Assembly: GCA_028534125.1 (NCBI GenBank) | Contig: CM052816.1 | Span: forward strand, 94,366,001 to 94,430,000 | DNA from: Lama glama | Taxonomy: Eukaryota | Reading direction: 5' to 3' | Length of the DNA stretch: 64,000 bases | Shown here: positions 1-12,085 of the stretch, piece by piece | How positions within the stretch are numbered: position 1 is the first letter of the stretch | Layout of the letters: the number at the start of each line of letters is the position of its first letter | Translations under genes and position numbers: made by a program | Notes under the pieces: model-generated | The model's input: the letters and a program-made list of their open reading frames with translations, nothing else | Told to the model about the DNA's origin: nothing | Databases searched by the model: none

Positions 1-29
1 AGGCAGTTTTTACGACTACCTTCTAACCC

Positions 30-145
30 TGTGGTTCTCAGCCCTGGCTGGGACCCAACCCCAACACCACTGAATCCGAAACTCAGGTGGGGGGCCCAGG
101 CACTGGATTTTTACAAGATTAGTTAACTCCGAGGGCCTGAGAAAT
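30..145. mobile_element. MER5-like hAT-Charlie MITE remnant
   Basis: tgtggttctcagccctggctg…actgaatccgaaactc…ggggcccaggcactggattttta…ctgagaa resembles the recalled MER5A/B consensus. Confidence 0.5.
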
Positions 146-242
146 TTGTCTATAGGGTGTCTGAATTTAATGCTCTTTTGATGTTGCATGGCCTCCTTAC
201 ATTAACGTTTATTTATTTCAGCAGGTATCCACTGCACTCTGG

Positions 243-740
243 TTTTTTAATTTTTTTTTTATTGAAGTGTTGTTGATTTACAGTGTTAGTTTCAGGTGTA
301 TGGCAAAGCATTTCGGATATATATATATATATATTACACACACACATATTTTCAAATTCTTTTCCATTATAGTTTATTATAAGAAATTGAATATAGTTCC
401 CTGTGCTATACAGTAGGTCCTTGTTGTTTATCTATTTTATATGTAGTAGTGTGTATATGTTAATCCCAAACTCCTAATTTATCCCTCCCCCCTGACTTCC
501 CCTTTGGTAACCATAGTTTGTTTCCATGTCCGTGAGTCTGTTTCTGATTTGTAAACAAAATTTGTTTCTTTTTTTAAAGATTCCACATGTAAGTGGTATC
601 ATATGATATTTGTCTTTCTCTGTCTGACTTCACTTAATATGATCGTTTCTAGGTCCACCCATGTTGCTGCAAATGGCATTATTTCATTCTTTTTTATGGC
701 TGAGTAATATGCTATTGTATGTATATACCACATCTTCTTT
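243..740 (-). mobile_element. L1 3' end (artiodactyl/camelid-type), 5'-truncated
   Basis: Poly-T followed by ttattgaagt…gaatatagttccctgtgctatacagtaggtccttgttg…catgttgctgcaaatggcattatttcattctttttatggctgagta…ataccacatcttc. Possible degraded TSD actgcactctg / actgcattcttg. Confidence 0.9.
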
Positions 741-3700
741 TTCTACTGCATTCTTGAGTTAGTTGTTTTCAGACCTTGGTTTTTGCTGGACTTGAAGGCA
801 GTACTCGTATGATTTGAGCAGAGTATTAAAGATCGTTAGTACTGTCTTGAGCATAAAGTTATTAGTCTGATTGAATGTGCAGGAATTAATAGCCAGACCG
901 TGAAAGTCCTGAATTCCATGCTAAGATATTTAAAATGTAAATTGATGAAAAAAGTGGATAATCAAACTGAGCAAAACCACCTGGAGTCAAAAATTAGATG
1001 TGGCCATCAGATACTGACTTCAGCTTAAAATCTGCTGAAAATACTTTTAAATTGGGTTTGAACAAGAGAAATGTAGTTGGATTTTCAGCATATTTTCTCC
1101 AAACACAGTAAACTCAAAGGAAGCAGCGTTCTACAGATGAATATCTGCTGTGTATTTGTTGCGAAATTGGTCATTAATTCATAGAGCCCTGTCAATACAT
1201 ATTAATTTCTTTACACTTCCCTGTATAAGTGCATTAGAAATGGGACATGTTCTCAATAGGAAGTAGAGATATTCTCCCAACAAAATGCAACTGTATTTTG
1301 TGATTTACTTTCACCTTCCTTACTGAAACTCCAAAAAGAGCCGTATGAAATAATCTTCAAAGAAATAATCCTTCCTGACGCATCTTGAAACCAGCGTCTG
1401 TGTTCTTCAGGCATGCACACGCACAGATATGTGTACACATATACTAAGAATGCTGGGAATTTGTGCAAATCCAATGCTTTCTGCTATAAACAGCCAAAAT
1501 TTTCCAATGGAGTTTCAGTCCTCCTTTCTGTTAATTAAAATTTTTGAAATGCACCAAATCCAGCCTACCGAGAAATAAAAACTAAGCTTCATAAATGCTC
1601 TACGTAATTAGATCGATTGCAGATGAGATTAGAGTAGTCATAACTGGAGAACCTATTTCGCAGTGTAGCTGTGGTGGCCAAATGGCATACACGTGAGTCC
1701 CTAGAAAAGTGGCAGAAATACAGTGTTTAATAAATCATGAATTATGACTATTGGTATTGTTGCATTTATTTGGCCTGTGATGTATGTTCACTCTCAGATC
1801 TGTTTCTGAGTTGCTAATGCAGTTGGAAACATTTTGTATGTCTTATGAGCAGACTTTTCAATCTAGGTGTATGTATGCATAACAATTTTGCTTAGTTCTA
1901 TTTAACCAGAAAAGTGTGTAAAGATAGCATTAAGTTAAGAAAAGTTATTAGTAATAATAAAGACTCCCATTAAAAAATTTTTTTCAACATCTCAAATAAG
2001 TTGCCCACTGTTGCATAGCCCAGTCCTACATCAAGATCATGGGATCATTCTGTCCATAACATCTCACAAATGGGTAGCTGATTTCAGCTCTGGAGGACGT
2101 CTAAGTTGTTGCTATGATGTGACTTTATTGTTTAACCAATTTTGCATCTTTGTGGTGGCCAAGTGTTAGGAAGGGAAAGATTTCCTTCCTCTGGCATTAT
2201 CATGATCTGACTTCTGGCCCTTGATTCTACTCTAATACTTAGGAAAAAAATGAAAGTATTGGACAATAATAAAATAAAATAAGTGTGGATAAACCCTAAA
2301 ATATCCCTGGAATTACAAACTCAGTGTATTAGCGATCATAACGTCAAAACTTTGGACAATTGAAGCGTTTATTCATGAGAGTTATTAAGGAAAAAAATGC
2401 GAAACTTCAGAGGAGAGAGATTTTGAAGAAAGGTTCATTTTTTTACTTCAGTTTCTTTAATCCAAAATAAACTGATTTGCTTTAATCGTCCTAGGATAGT
2501 TACATACGGCCTTTGCCATTTCATTTTGGTTCTGCCTAGCATCTGAAAATATTTAATCTGTATCTTGCTTCAGCCTTTCCTCATTGAAGAAAAGAAGTGA
2601 ATTTTCAACATCAATTAATTTTCATAACATCTCTCTGGAAAACCAGTAGCATTTATGTTTCTGGGCTGGGTACCGAGGGACTTCAGGTGTAATGCTTTAT
2701 TTATAACCACTTCAATGATTTATCGAAGTGAGAGCGCCCTGGGAAGCCACATCACTTTAAAAAGTGTTAATAAATTAATAGAGTAACAGAAAGAAGTCTC
2801 CTGGAAATATGCAAATTGAAGAATTCCCTTCTGAGAGGGCTGTCTTACACTTTTCTAGAATAGAATTAGGACAGCTGTGTGGGTGGTTCGTGATGATTGG
2901 AAAAGGAAAAGCACCCCTGTGGTCTAGGCGCTGTCCTGGTGCCCAGGGCTCCACCTGGTGCTTGCCTGATGCTCTCAGTACTTCTGGGCCATCCTGGTTA
3001 AGCAAGGTGAGGCGGGCCAGGCGTGCAGCCCCCGAGCTGGATACGCGGGAGATGCTCTAGGGAGCGCAGTTGTTAAGGGCGACATTAGCATGACAGCCAC
3101 CCATGACTGCCCAGAGCACCTCACTGTCCAACTTGAGAGGCTGTTCACGCTCCGCTCCATGTCTGGGAGTGGAGGGCCAGGAGGGGGCTCAAGTCCAAAC
3201 ATGCTGTCCTGGTCTTCCCAGCATGTCGCTCCTTCTGCTGTGGGGGGGGGGCGGGTGCGAAGGAGGTCTTGTCCCCTCTTGAGAAAGTTAGCGCATCCCC
3301 CCAATTCAACCAAGGCACTTTCTTCTGCAAGATAAATTCTGATCCTAGCTAATAAGGTGGTTACTTTTTGTTTGTTTTTTCACTGTGTTACCTGCAAGTT
3401 TGGGGCCTTATTATACGTTCTATTTTGCAGTTACCTTTTTTCTGTCAACAATATGTGATTGGCATATTTTCATGTCACTTCTTTTGACTATGTTAAAGAG
3501 TGTAGATTTATTTTGATAGAACATGCATTAAGCAACCAATTCACACCTTATTCATTGAAAACTGGAACTTAAATAAATACAAAATAGCTTTTAATATTTG
3601 ATGTTCAAGTTACTGAGAAGTGTTTTAAAGTCTTGTTAAAAAAAAAACGGATTGATTAACCTTTCTTTACTTCAGCCATCACTACTAATGGTTTCTTTAA

Positions 3701-3796
3701 AAAATCTCTACTTCATCCTACTTCTGACCAGATGGCTTGCAAAATTGTTAGTGATTATTTTCAACCCACAGACTATCATAATGTGGTACAAGTTAT

Positions 3797-4379
3797 GCCT
3801 GATTAGTTGTCTATTACTGCATAGCAAATTACCACAAAGTTAGTGGCTTAGAACAGCACCATCCCTTGTCTCATGTAACGTCTGTAGGTCAGAGGTCCAG
3901 GTGTGGCTTAACTGGTCCTCAGCTCAGCATGATGTCACCAGGCTGAAATCAAGGCTCTACCTGGGCTGCTGTCTCATCTGCAGGCTTCACTAGGGAATGA
4001 GCCATTTCCAAGTCTTTCGTATTGCTTGCAGAAGTCATTTCTTTTTGGTTGTAGAATTCACGAGGCTTGCTTCTCCATAGCCAGGAACAGAGAAAGGTGG
4101 TCTACTGTCTCTAGTTTCTCATCTCTAGACCTGCTTTTAAAGAGCTCGCCTGATGAGGTCAGGCCCACCAGGATACTTTCTCTTTTGATTGGAGGTCAGT
4201 GGATTAGCAACCTTAATTCTACATGAAAAAAAAAAGATCCCTTGGTTTTTGTCATGTAATGTAGCCTAACCACTGGAGTGATATTCATACCATATTTATA
4301 AGTCTTGCCCACATTGAAAAGGAGGGCGTAACACAAGGTCTGGGGTATTAGGGGTCGTTTTAGAGTTCTCCCTACCACA
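3797..4379 (-). mobile_element. MaLR solo LTR (MLT1D/E-like)
   Basis: attagttgtctattactgcatagcaaattaccacaaagttagtggcttagaacagc…ggctgaaatcaagg…ggattagcaaccttaatt…cctaccaca terminus. Confidence 0.85.
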
Positions 4380-6071
4380 TCCCCCTTCCCAAGAAACACC
4401 TCCCCAATTCAGTTACCAGTGACATTCTTGGAGTTACTGGTTTATGGCAGAACCTGTATTCTTATCATTTCTTCAGCATTTAAAATCAAGTTGGTTTCAC
4501 AAGAATTTTTAATGTGACACATTTAAAATTTCTCTTTTATTTCCCACTGTCCATTTGACTTCCCGGAACATTTGTTCCATGCCCTTTACATTTCCTAGTG
4601 TCAACTATTGTTGTCACTTTGCCATAGGTTGTGTCATTTTCAACAAGGCACCGATGAATTTTACTGTATCAGCTCCGTGTTTGTCCCCTGATCCCAGCAG
4701 AAAGTCTGCTTACTCTTTAGTGATTTTTGTAAACTGTTGCTGTTTTCATTTCGCTCTGTTTTGCAGCTGCAGCTTTGTGGGTGTGGTGTGTAGTCCGGCT
4801 GCTGAACGTGGCTGTGACGCCCTGCTGTGTAGGTGGGTTCACGGTCTCCTCCCTGACTCTCCTAGCTTCTCTGCTGAGGGTTCTTACCCCAGGGCAACAC
4901 GGAGAGCCGTCACCCAGGAAATTCTGGGGAGTGGGACTATGGAGCAGGTGACCATGGCCTTCATTCCCCCTGGTGGCCCTGGGAAGGAAGCTAGGAATCC
5001 CCTGAGCAGTAGGGCAGGGTAGTGTGTTTTCTAGAACTAGAGCAGGTGATGTAATTGTAGGTGGCAAATGGGATGAAAGGGTAGCACCTATTTGACAGTT
5101 GTAGACGTCATGACTGGGTCTAAGTGTCCACTAGTAATTCCATATAATGCAAGAGGGGAGAAACTTCTGTTGCCCAGATTTCTCTTGCCACTTGGAGGCA
5201 CAGCAACTAGAGAAATCATCCTGCCTTCTCTCAGCAATCCCCGTGGGTGACCGGGGAGCCTGGGAGCCAGGCATGTGTGACCCCACCCCACCCTCTCTCT
5301 TCTCTTGGGAATCTGCCCCTCCATTGCTGTGCTTCATAAGTGAGCAGGTTGGCCATAGGCAGCCTCGTCGGTCTGACTCTGCAGATGCTTTAGTGTTAGG
5401 ATTCCCTCTGACCCGCAGCTATAGGCCACAGTCACCAAAGTCCACCAGCACTGCAGGTGAATTTTCTCTGTCCATTTGCCTGAATCTTGCATTAGTCTCT
5501 TCCTTGGTTCTAAACCTGAGCACTAAACATGAGTGCAATTTACTCAGCTGCCTAAAATGGTAACATCATAGGTGTTGGGGAACTGGTTTATAATCATACG
5601 AATGATCAACATGTAGAAGAGAAATAAAATCCCAATATCATAAAGAAATACTAAATATGTGAAAAATCTTGTACATTTCATGGTAAACCTAAGTGGTTCA
5701 AAAATGAAAAGGTTAAAAAAAAAAGAAAGAAAAAGGTTAAGTTAGGCACAAGCAAATGATTCTTTTTGGCATGCTTCTTGAAGTATATTTTTGGTAATGT
5801 TATGCAACCATGATTAAACTATTCCAGCAGTAGATAACAAAGGATGAAATATATGGAAAACTTACATTTATATAGGCTTGTTTTCAATGCCTCCCTGTGG
5901 CCCCCAGATATGACTGACTAAAGAGTCTAGATAATGGGTCTACTTTAGTCATCCTGTTGCCTTGTCAGTGGATGACTTGGGGTTAGTCTTCAATCTGATT
6001 CCTTAAAAAGAAAATTCTAAATACGGTAAGTTTACAAAAGACATTTTTTTCATATTTAACACTTAGTAGCA

Positions 6072-6238
6072 CAGTAGTTTTCAAACACTGCTACGCATTT
6101 TTAAAGTTTCCTCTCCAAATCCAGTCCACATTCCAGCCCAATCCCATCAGAATCTCTTGGACACAGGGACCCAGGTATCAGTATATATATATTTAAATCC
6201 AGATGATCCCAAAGTACAGACAAGTCTAAGAACCACTG
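6072..6238. mobile_element. MER5-like hAT-Charlie MITE
   Basis: Imperfect terminal inverted repeats cagtagttttcaaac … gtctaagaaccactg, with internal catcagaatctcttgg…ggacccaggtatcagtat. Confidence 0.75.
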
Positions 6239-6623
6239 TAGCAGTAATTTAAAGGTGGTACATCTGAACAATCGGTGTTTAGAAATCAGAGAGACAGTGG
6301 CTACCAAATACACGGCCATGTGATCAGATGTCATCTTTGGGGTGCACTGTGAGTGTCACTCCCCGTGGTGAAACTCAGAGGAAAAGAGACTGTGAATAAT
6401 TTTTTTTTTTGCACAAATGATAAATCAGCCCATGTAAATGATCTATTGTGGAAAGTGTTAAGTATGTTTCAGAGAAAAGCAGATGCTTGCTCTTGTCCAT
6501 TACCCTTCATTTCAAAACCTGTCTTAACGTAGGTTGTGTTCAGAAGGCACCCTGCAGCTTTATTGAATATTCTCTGCATTATAAAACTTACTGCAAAAAG
6601 ACTGTTGAAGTGCAATCAAAAGC

Positions 6624-6648
6624 AAAAAAAAAAAAAAAAAAAAAAAAA
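6624..6648 (+). repeat. Poly(A)25 tract
   Basis: 25 consecutive A with no recognisable upstream retroelement body. Confidence 0.95.
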
Positions 6649-6819
6649 GCAAGACCTTGAAGGAAAGAGACCCTCAGCCTTTGATTAGAGGCTCCCAGAG
6701 GGCAGGGCCAGGTAGCGTTTATTTCTCTGCTTTCCTCAGAATCCTTAATGCTTGGTTGTGGCTCCGTTAAACACTCAGTCCTTGGCAGGTGATCACAGTA
6801 GGGAACTTATGAATTAGAA

Positions 6820-7020
6820 TGACGCAGTGGGAACGGGCAGCTTGGAGTTGGAAAGGCAAGGGCTTTTTTTTACTCAGCTGGGTGGACCTCAAGCTAGGTT
6901 GTACTTAATTCCCTCCTCTGGAAATGGAATTTGTGTTCTGTACCTTATCAGCTTGCCAGGAAGGTGACCAGAGAGAGTATTTGTAGAACACTCAGGGACC
7001 GCCATGGTAATTGTATGTTA
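6820..7020 (+). mobile_element. MIR remnant (highly diverged)
   Basis: gcagtgggaacgggcagcttggagttggaaagg…ttactcagctgggtggacctcaagc…ttccctcctctggaaatgga. Confidence 0.5.
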
Positions 7021-7380
7021 ACATAGTTCCTTTTCCATACCTGTCTTGAAAACAGTTTATTACCAGTGTATTTAGATAAAGCAGTGCCTATAAAAAGGGA
7101 ATAAAGTCATCTGCTTGGAACAAAGGTTAAGGAGGTTATCACTTTTAAATCTGAGGGAAATAGAGAGCCCTTAATTGGTTAAAGAAATCCTTGTAGAAAT
7201 CCATGGCCTCAGCGATTTTCCGTTCCTTGTCCTCCACTCAGTGTGGAAATGACTGGCCAACAGGGGGTGGGCTCCTTGGATCCCCGGTGATGTCCCTGCC
7301 CTGTCTTCTCGCAGGGCTGGCCTTGGGGAAGTGGTAGGGAAGGAAAGTACCGCCTGTTTTAAGCATCTCCAGCTTTCTGT

Positions 7381-7480
7381 TCTATTTTCTTCCCTTTGTT
7401 TAAATAGAGATACTGGGGATTGAACCCAGGACCTTGTGAATGCTACGCACACGCTCTACTGCCGGATATACCCCCACTCC
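7381..7480 (-). mobile_element. tRNA-derived SINE, camelid Vic-1 type (short form)
   Basis: Minus strand reads gggggtatatccggcagtagagcgtgtgcgtagcattcacaaggtcctgggttcaatccccagtatctc (B box ggttcaatccc). 17-bp TSD catctccagctttctgt (7364-7380) / caacttcagctttctgt (7481-7497), 15/17 identical. Confidence 0.85.
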
Positions 7481-7530
7481 CAACTTCAGCTTTCTGTGGC
7501 CCCTTCATTGCACCACTGAAAAGCCCCCGC

Positions 7531-7656
7531 CAGCCCCTGGCCACCTCCTGGTCCCTCTCCTTGTAGGACGCAGTGAGAGATCATCTGTCTGTGCAGCCCC
7601 TGGCCACCTCCTGGTCCCTCTCCTTGTAGGACGCAGTGAGAGATCATCTATCTGTG
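7531..7656 (+). repeat. 63-bp direct tandem duplication (2 copies, 1 mismatch)
   Basis: cagcccctggccacctcctggtccctctccttgtaggacgcagtgagagatcatct(g/a)tctgtg at 7531-7593 and 7594-7656. Confidence 0.97.
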
Positions 7657-8805
7657 TAACTGGGGTGGACGTGCTAGGTGGGATCTTCTCTTCTCTGAAC
7701 TTGGGATGGGGGTCCAGGGATTTGGTCACTTTTTGCCTTCAGAGTTTTTCCAGCCATGGGCTCTCATGCAGGGGTGACGAGAGGTGCCCTGTCACAGGAT
7801 AGTCCCCAAAGCCTCGGCTCTCCCCCGTTGGGACGGCAGAGGGAGGGCTTGTGGTGGCCTTGGGGGGCCATGCAGGGTGAGCAGAGAGCCCCATCCTGTC
7901 TTCTCCAGGTGGAGGGGAGGCAGAGGGGAGACTGGAGGGTGGTCCCTTCCTGGGGTCATGACGGCCACTGGCAGAGGTGGGGGATGCCAACACGAGTGGA
8001 GGATGACATCGCCATGGCAGCTCCTCCCCCGGGCTTGCTGAAGTTGACGGTGGAGAAGTGTTGTGGTGGGTGACTGGCATTGCACTGAATTTTGATTTCT
8101 GAGAGGTGTGAAGGGTGGGCCCAACCCGTGCATGGGGGCTCAGAATTGGGCTGCAGAAGGCAGATGAGATGGGAGCTCTCGGCTTCCCAGGGGACACAGT
8201 GGTGTGGTGCTCCCAGGCATGTGACTTGATAGGAGAACTTCGTGTTTCCAGGGGCTAGACGAGTGGGTCCCCTTCCAGAAAGATGTCACACTCAACAGGG
8301 ACAGTCACAGGAAGGTCCCCTTTTTTAATCCTCCTCTTGTCCTTTCGCAAATCCTAGACAAGGAAGAGAGAAGAGATAGATTGCAAGGGGTCGCCTCTCC
8401 CCTCTGTCCACTAGAAAACAGACGATTGACTTGAGAATGATGTTAGAGTCTTAGAATCGACAAGCGTTAAGTCCTATGAACTGAAACAAGGCTGTTTTAA
8501 TAACCAGGTCAATGAAAATTTGATAAATTGGACTGAGCTATCTTGAAGGAAAGCAGCCACCCCACAGGAAAGGGCAGATTGACAAATCACAGCAGGTAGA
8601 AGTGACTGGAATAAAACCATTTGATATTTATACATCAACAACTGACAAATTCTCATATAACTGAGGTAGATATTTTAAGTCCAGAAAAAGCTGTGATAAC
8701 AGTTGATCTCCATCTAAGTGATTTACTGGGTCCACCGACTCATTACCAATGTTACAAGCCATATCGCAACTGTGTTACAACCCATGGTATATACAGACTG
8801 GTGTC

Positions 8806-9305
8806 NNNNNNNNNNNNNNNNNNNNNNNNNNNNNNNNNNNNNNNNNNNNNNNNNNNNNNNNNNNNNNNNNNNNNNNNNNNNNNNNNNNNNNNNNNNNNNN
8901 NNNNNNNNNNNNNNNNNNNNNNNNNNNNNNNNNNNNNNNNNNNNNNNNNNNNNNNNNNNNNNNNNNNNNNNNNNNNNNNNNNNNNNNNNNNNNNNNNNNN
9001 NNNNNNNNNNNNNNNNNNNNNNNNNNNNNNNNNNNNNNNNNNNNNNNNNNNNNNNNNNNNNNNNNNNNNNNNNNNNNNNNNNNNNNNNNNNNNNNNNNNN
9101 NNNNNNNNNNNNNNNNNNNNNNNNNNNNNNNNNNNNNNNNNNNNNNNNNNNNNNNNNNNNNNNNNNNNNNNNNNNNNNNNNNNNNNNNNNNNNNNNNNNN
9201 NNNNNNNNNNNNNNNNNNNNNNNNNNNNNNNNNNNNNNNNNNNNNNNNNNNNNNNNNNNNNNNNNNNNNNNNNNNNNNNNNNNNNNNNNNNNNNNNNNNN
9301 NNNNN
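8806..9305. other. Assembly gap (500 N)
   Basis: Run of N; the round length suggests a placeholder size. Confidence 1.
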
Positions 9306-11551
9306 CGTTTCATGTCACACTTAAGCCAGTTGTCCAGTGCCAGGCTCCTCCTTTTGGTTCACTGTGCGGGAGTGCAGGATTGGAAGCTTGCTCTCGACAC
9401 CACAGTATGTATCTAATAGACAAAACTTATGGTTTTATTCTCTGCTCTATTAAAGACTCAGGGAATGACCTTGAAAATATTACTTAATTCCTTTATGCCT
9501 CATTACCCTCCCATTTATAAAACAGATCGGCATAGAGTCCTGGCGCGCCCAGGCTGCTCGCTCCAGGGCTGCTCGTGTGCTTCTGAACTTTTTGCTTCGT
9601 GCCAAGAAGAAACAGAATCGGTGGCAGCATTGCAGGGGACTCCAGATGGAAGCTTCCCCTGGTTCTACCAAAAAAAAAAATATATATTTTTCCTATTGAA
9701 AGGTGCAATTTATCTTTCACATAACTAACTGAGCACATTAGAAATCATATATGTATGCGGATTAACAGTTTTTCCTCATACTAATTCGGCCAGTAACACT
9801 TACTTTACACGTGACTCAGTCCCTTGGTTTTTCAAGTCCCACATTCTTCTAATTATTAGAGACTCCAGTTTTCAAATTTGCCTAATACGTTAACTGATGT
9901 GGTCAATTAAAATTTTAAATTGGAAGTTTTTTTGGTGACCAATATAAGCCATACTTTTTTGTTTTTGTTTTTTTGCATGAAATCCTGTGTGTTGAAGACA
10001 TTGGTTTTAAATCTTGTTCAGGCTTAATGGCAAGAGGTGAGGTCTTAGGTGGCGAAGGCTGGTTTCTTGCACCCAGATTAGGCTCATCATCTGTTCTGAG
10101 CTTGTTTATTCCTAAATCGTTCTGTAGTAACTCTAACAACTTTAATTTAATGATGTATCTGTGCAGCGTGATACAGATTGAAATATATAAAATCAGAATT
10201 CAAGACATTATTCAGTTTTCTCTAGGTACTTACTCAGTGATTAAATCATGACCAGGTATATGCACTCTTGAAAATAAAACCTATAAATTAATTTCTGATT
10301 AATATTCTTCATCCTATTTGTTCAATGAAACTTTAATCCTATGTTCAAAGTTCAGAGAGATTTAAAAAAAAGAGAACAGTTAATTAAGAGACTTCTTTTT
10401 TCTCAATTGTGCAAATTATATGTGTGGTACACAGAAATTAGATAATGATTTTCCAATAAGATGATGTGTAGATTTGTTATTCTAAATTGAAATTCAGTCA
10501 CTTGTACAATTTAAATTTAGCATCATTCTGAGAGTAATTACTGTTTCATAAAAGCAGTCTATCAGGCGGCATTTCCTCATGCAGAAGCCATGCACAGGCA
10601 GAAAGTCACAGGGGAACAGGGGCTGAATCCATGCAAACAAAAGATTCTTACAAACCCCAGCATCGTTGTCTTCGGTGGAATTATTGACATCAACAAGTAC
10701 CAGTAGCCACTTGTTTCTTAATTAACTTAATAAATGACTAATTGATCTGGTAAGTCAATGATTCCGGCAAAACAAACGCTCACACAATGACAAGACCAAC
10801 TCAGTAACCACATCACAGACAGAATAGGTTAAACATTATCAATTCACTTGCTACTTCATTCATTCATTCTTTCAACAAAGAAGTATTGAGACACTGGTTA
10901 GTAAGAAAAACTCTTAACCAAGGCATCAGGGCCAGTCAGTAAGAGAAATCATTAAAAATTAGAGAGTCATTTTGAAAATAAATGATTCTGATGTATTTGT
11001 ACTGTGTTCACTAATCTTTTAGGACTTAGTTATTTATTTGAATATGGGTCGGCTCGAAGGAGTGTTAGATGAGCATTCTTGCAGACCCCTCCCTCACCCA
11101 GTCTCCCCACATTGCATCATTTACGATTTCCAATTGCCGGTTATTTAAAGTAAATGAAAAAAAATCTAAGATACTTGTGGAGCATTTTGAAAGAAGAATC
11201 CTTCTAGATGTTTATCACTTATCCCTAGCCCTTTATAGTCATCACATCTAAAATTAATTCCACAGCATCTGTAGATGGATTATCTTAAAGGGGTTTCACC
11301 AAAGCAATCATTAAAAAAAGCCTTTTATTCTTGATTCAGTTATACTCATCAGTTTATATATGTTTGATTAAAGAACATAATCACAAGATAAAATGGAATG
11401 AATGAGTTTGGAAAACAGCACAGCTACCTGCTGGTGAGTTCCTCCCCAGCCGGTGAAGGCCGAGGGCCCCAGGGGGCTTTGGAGTGGAAAACTGACCGCA
11501 AGTGCAGAAGGGACCAGTCAGCAAGGGTTGCAGAATAGAGCCAGTTAAAAG

Positions 11552-11815
11552 AGCACCTAGAATATGTCCTGGCCATTGTGCTAGGCACTGGGACACTAAA
11601 ATAATAAGCACGCTGACGGCATTCTGACTTGTAAACCTTCCCTCTTTACGGCAAAGATCCACACTTTGTAAATCCAATCTCTACATTCATCATTTTCCCC
11701 TGAGGCATCTCCAAAGTGGGAAGAGACCATTTCCTATTTGTCTTTTGTGTCCAATACTCAATACCTAGTACTTAGACGTGGCACATTTTTTGATCAGTTA
11801 ATTATTTTTAAATTA
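11552..11815. mobile_element. Two L2 3'-end fragments in opposite orientation
   Basis: gagcacctagaatatgtcctggccattgtgctaggcactgggac (minus-type L2 tail), then gaccatttcctatttgtc…atacctagtac…gtggcacat (plus-type tail). Confidence 0.5.
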
Positions 11816-11867
11816 ATGAACTAGTTTTTAAATTGTTATCAGCATTGAGGCATCCTACAGATTTGTA

Positions 11868-12085
11868 GGACAGTATTGTGGTTGGGAACCATAGGCTGTA
11901 TGGCTTTACACAATAGCTCTTCCCTTGATCCCTTAGGGAGGTAATCTCTCGGGACCTCAGTTTCATCATCTGGGAAATGGGGTTAATAATGGAAGTGCCG
12001 AAAAGGGTTGTTGTGTTAATTGAGTCAGTCAATACTGGTGAAGAGCTTAGAAGAGTGTCTGGTACACAGTATGCTTTAATATCAT
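11868..12085 (+). mobile_element. MIR SINE
   Basis: Core cctcagtttcatcatctgggaaatggggttaataat…agggttgttgtg…aagagcttagaagagtgtctggtacacagta. Confidence 0.85.

Noticed and set aside
4555..5563. 155-aa and 138-aa plus-strand ORFs
   Set aside because: No recognisable domain, non-ATG start for the first, and lengths compatible with chance in intronic DNA.
7739..8197. Overlapping 85-152 aa ORFs in a GC-rich stretch
   Set aside because: Pro/Ser/Gly-rich, open in several frames because of GC content, with no recognisable protein similarity or splice structure.
8621..9487. Long ORFs of 191-288 aa in the ORF track
   Set aside because: They are artefacts of translating through the 500-N gap.
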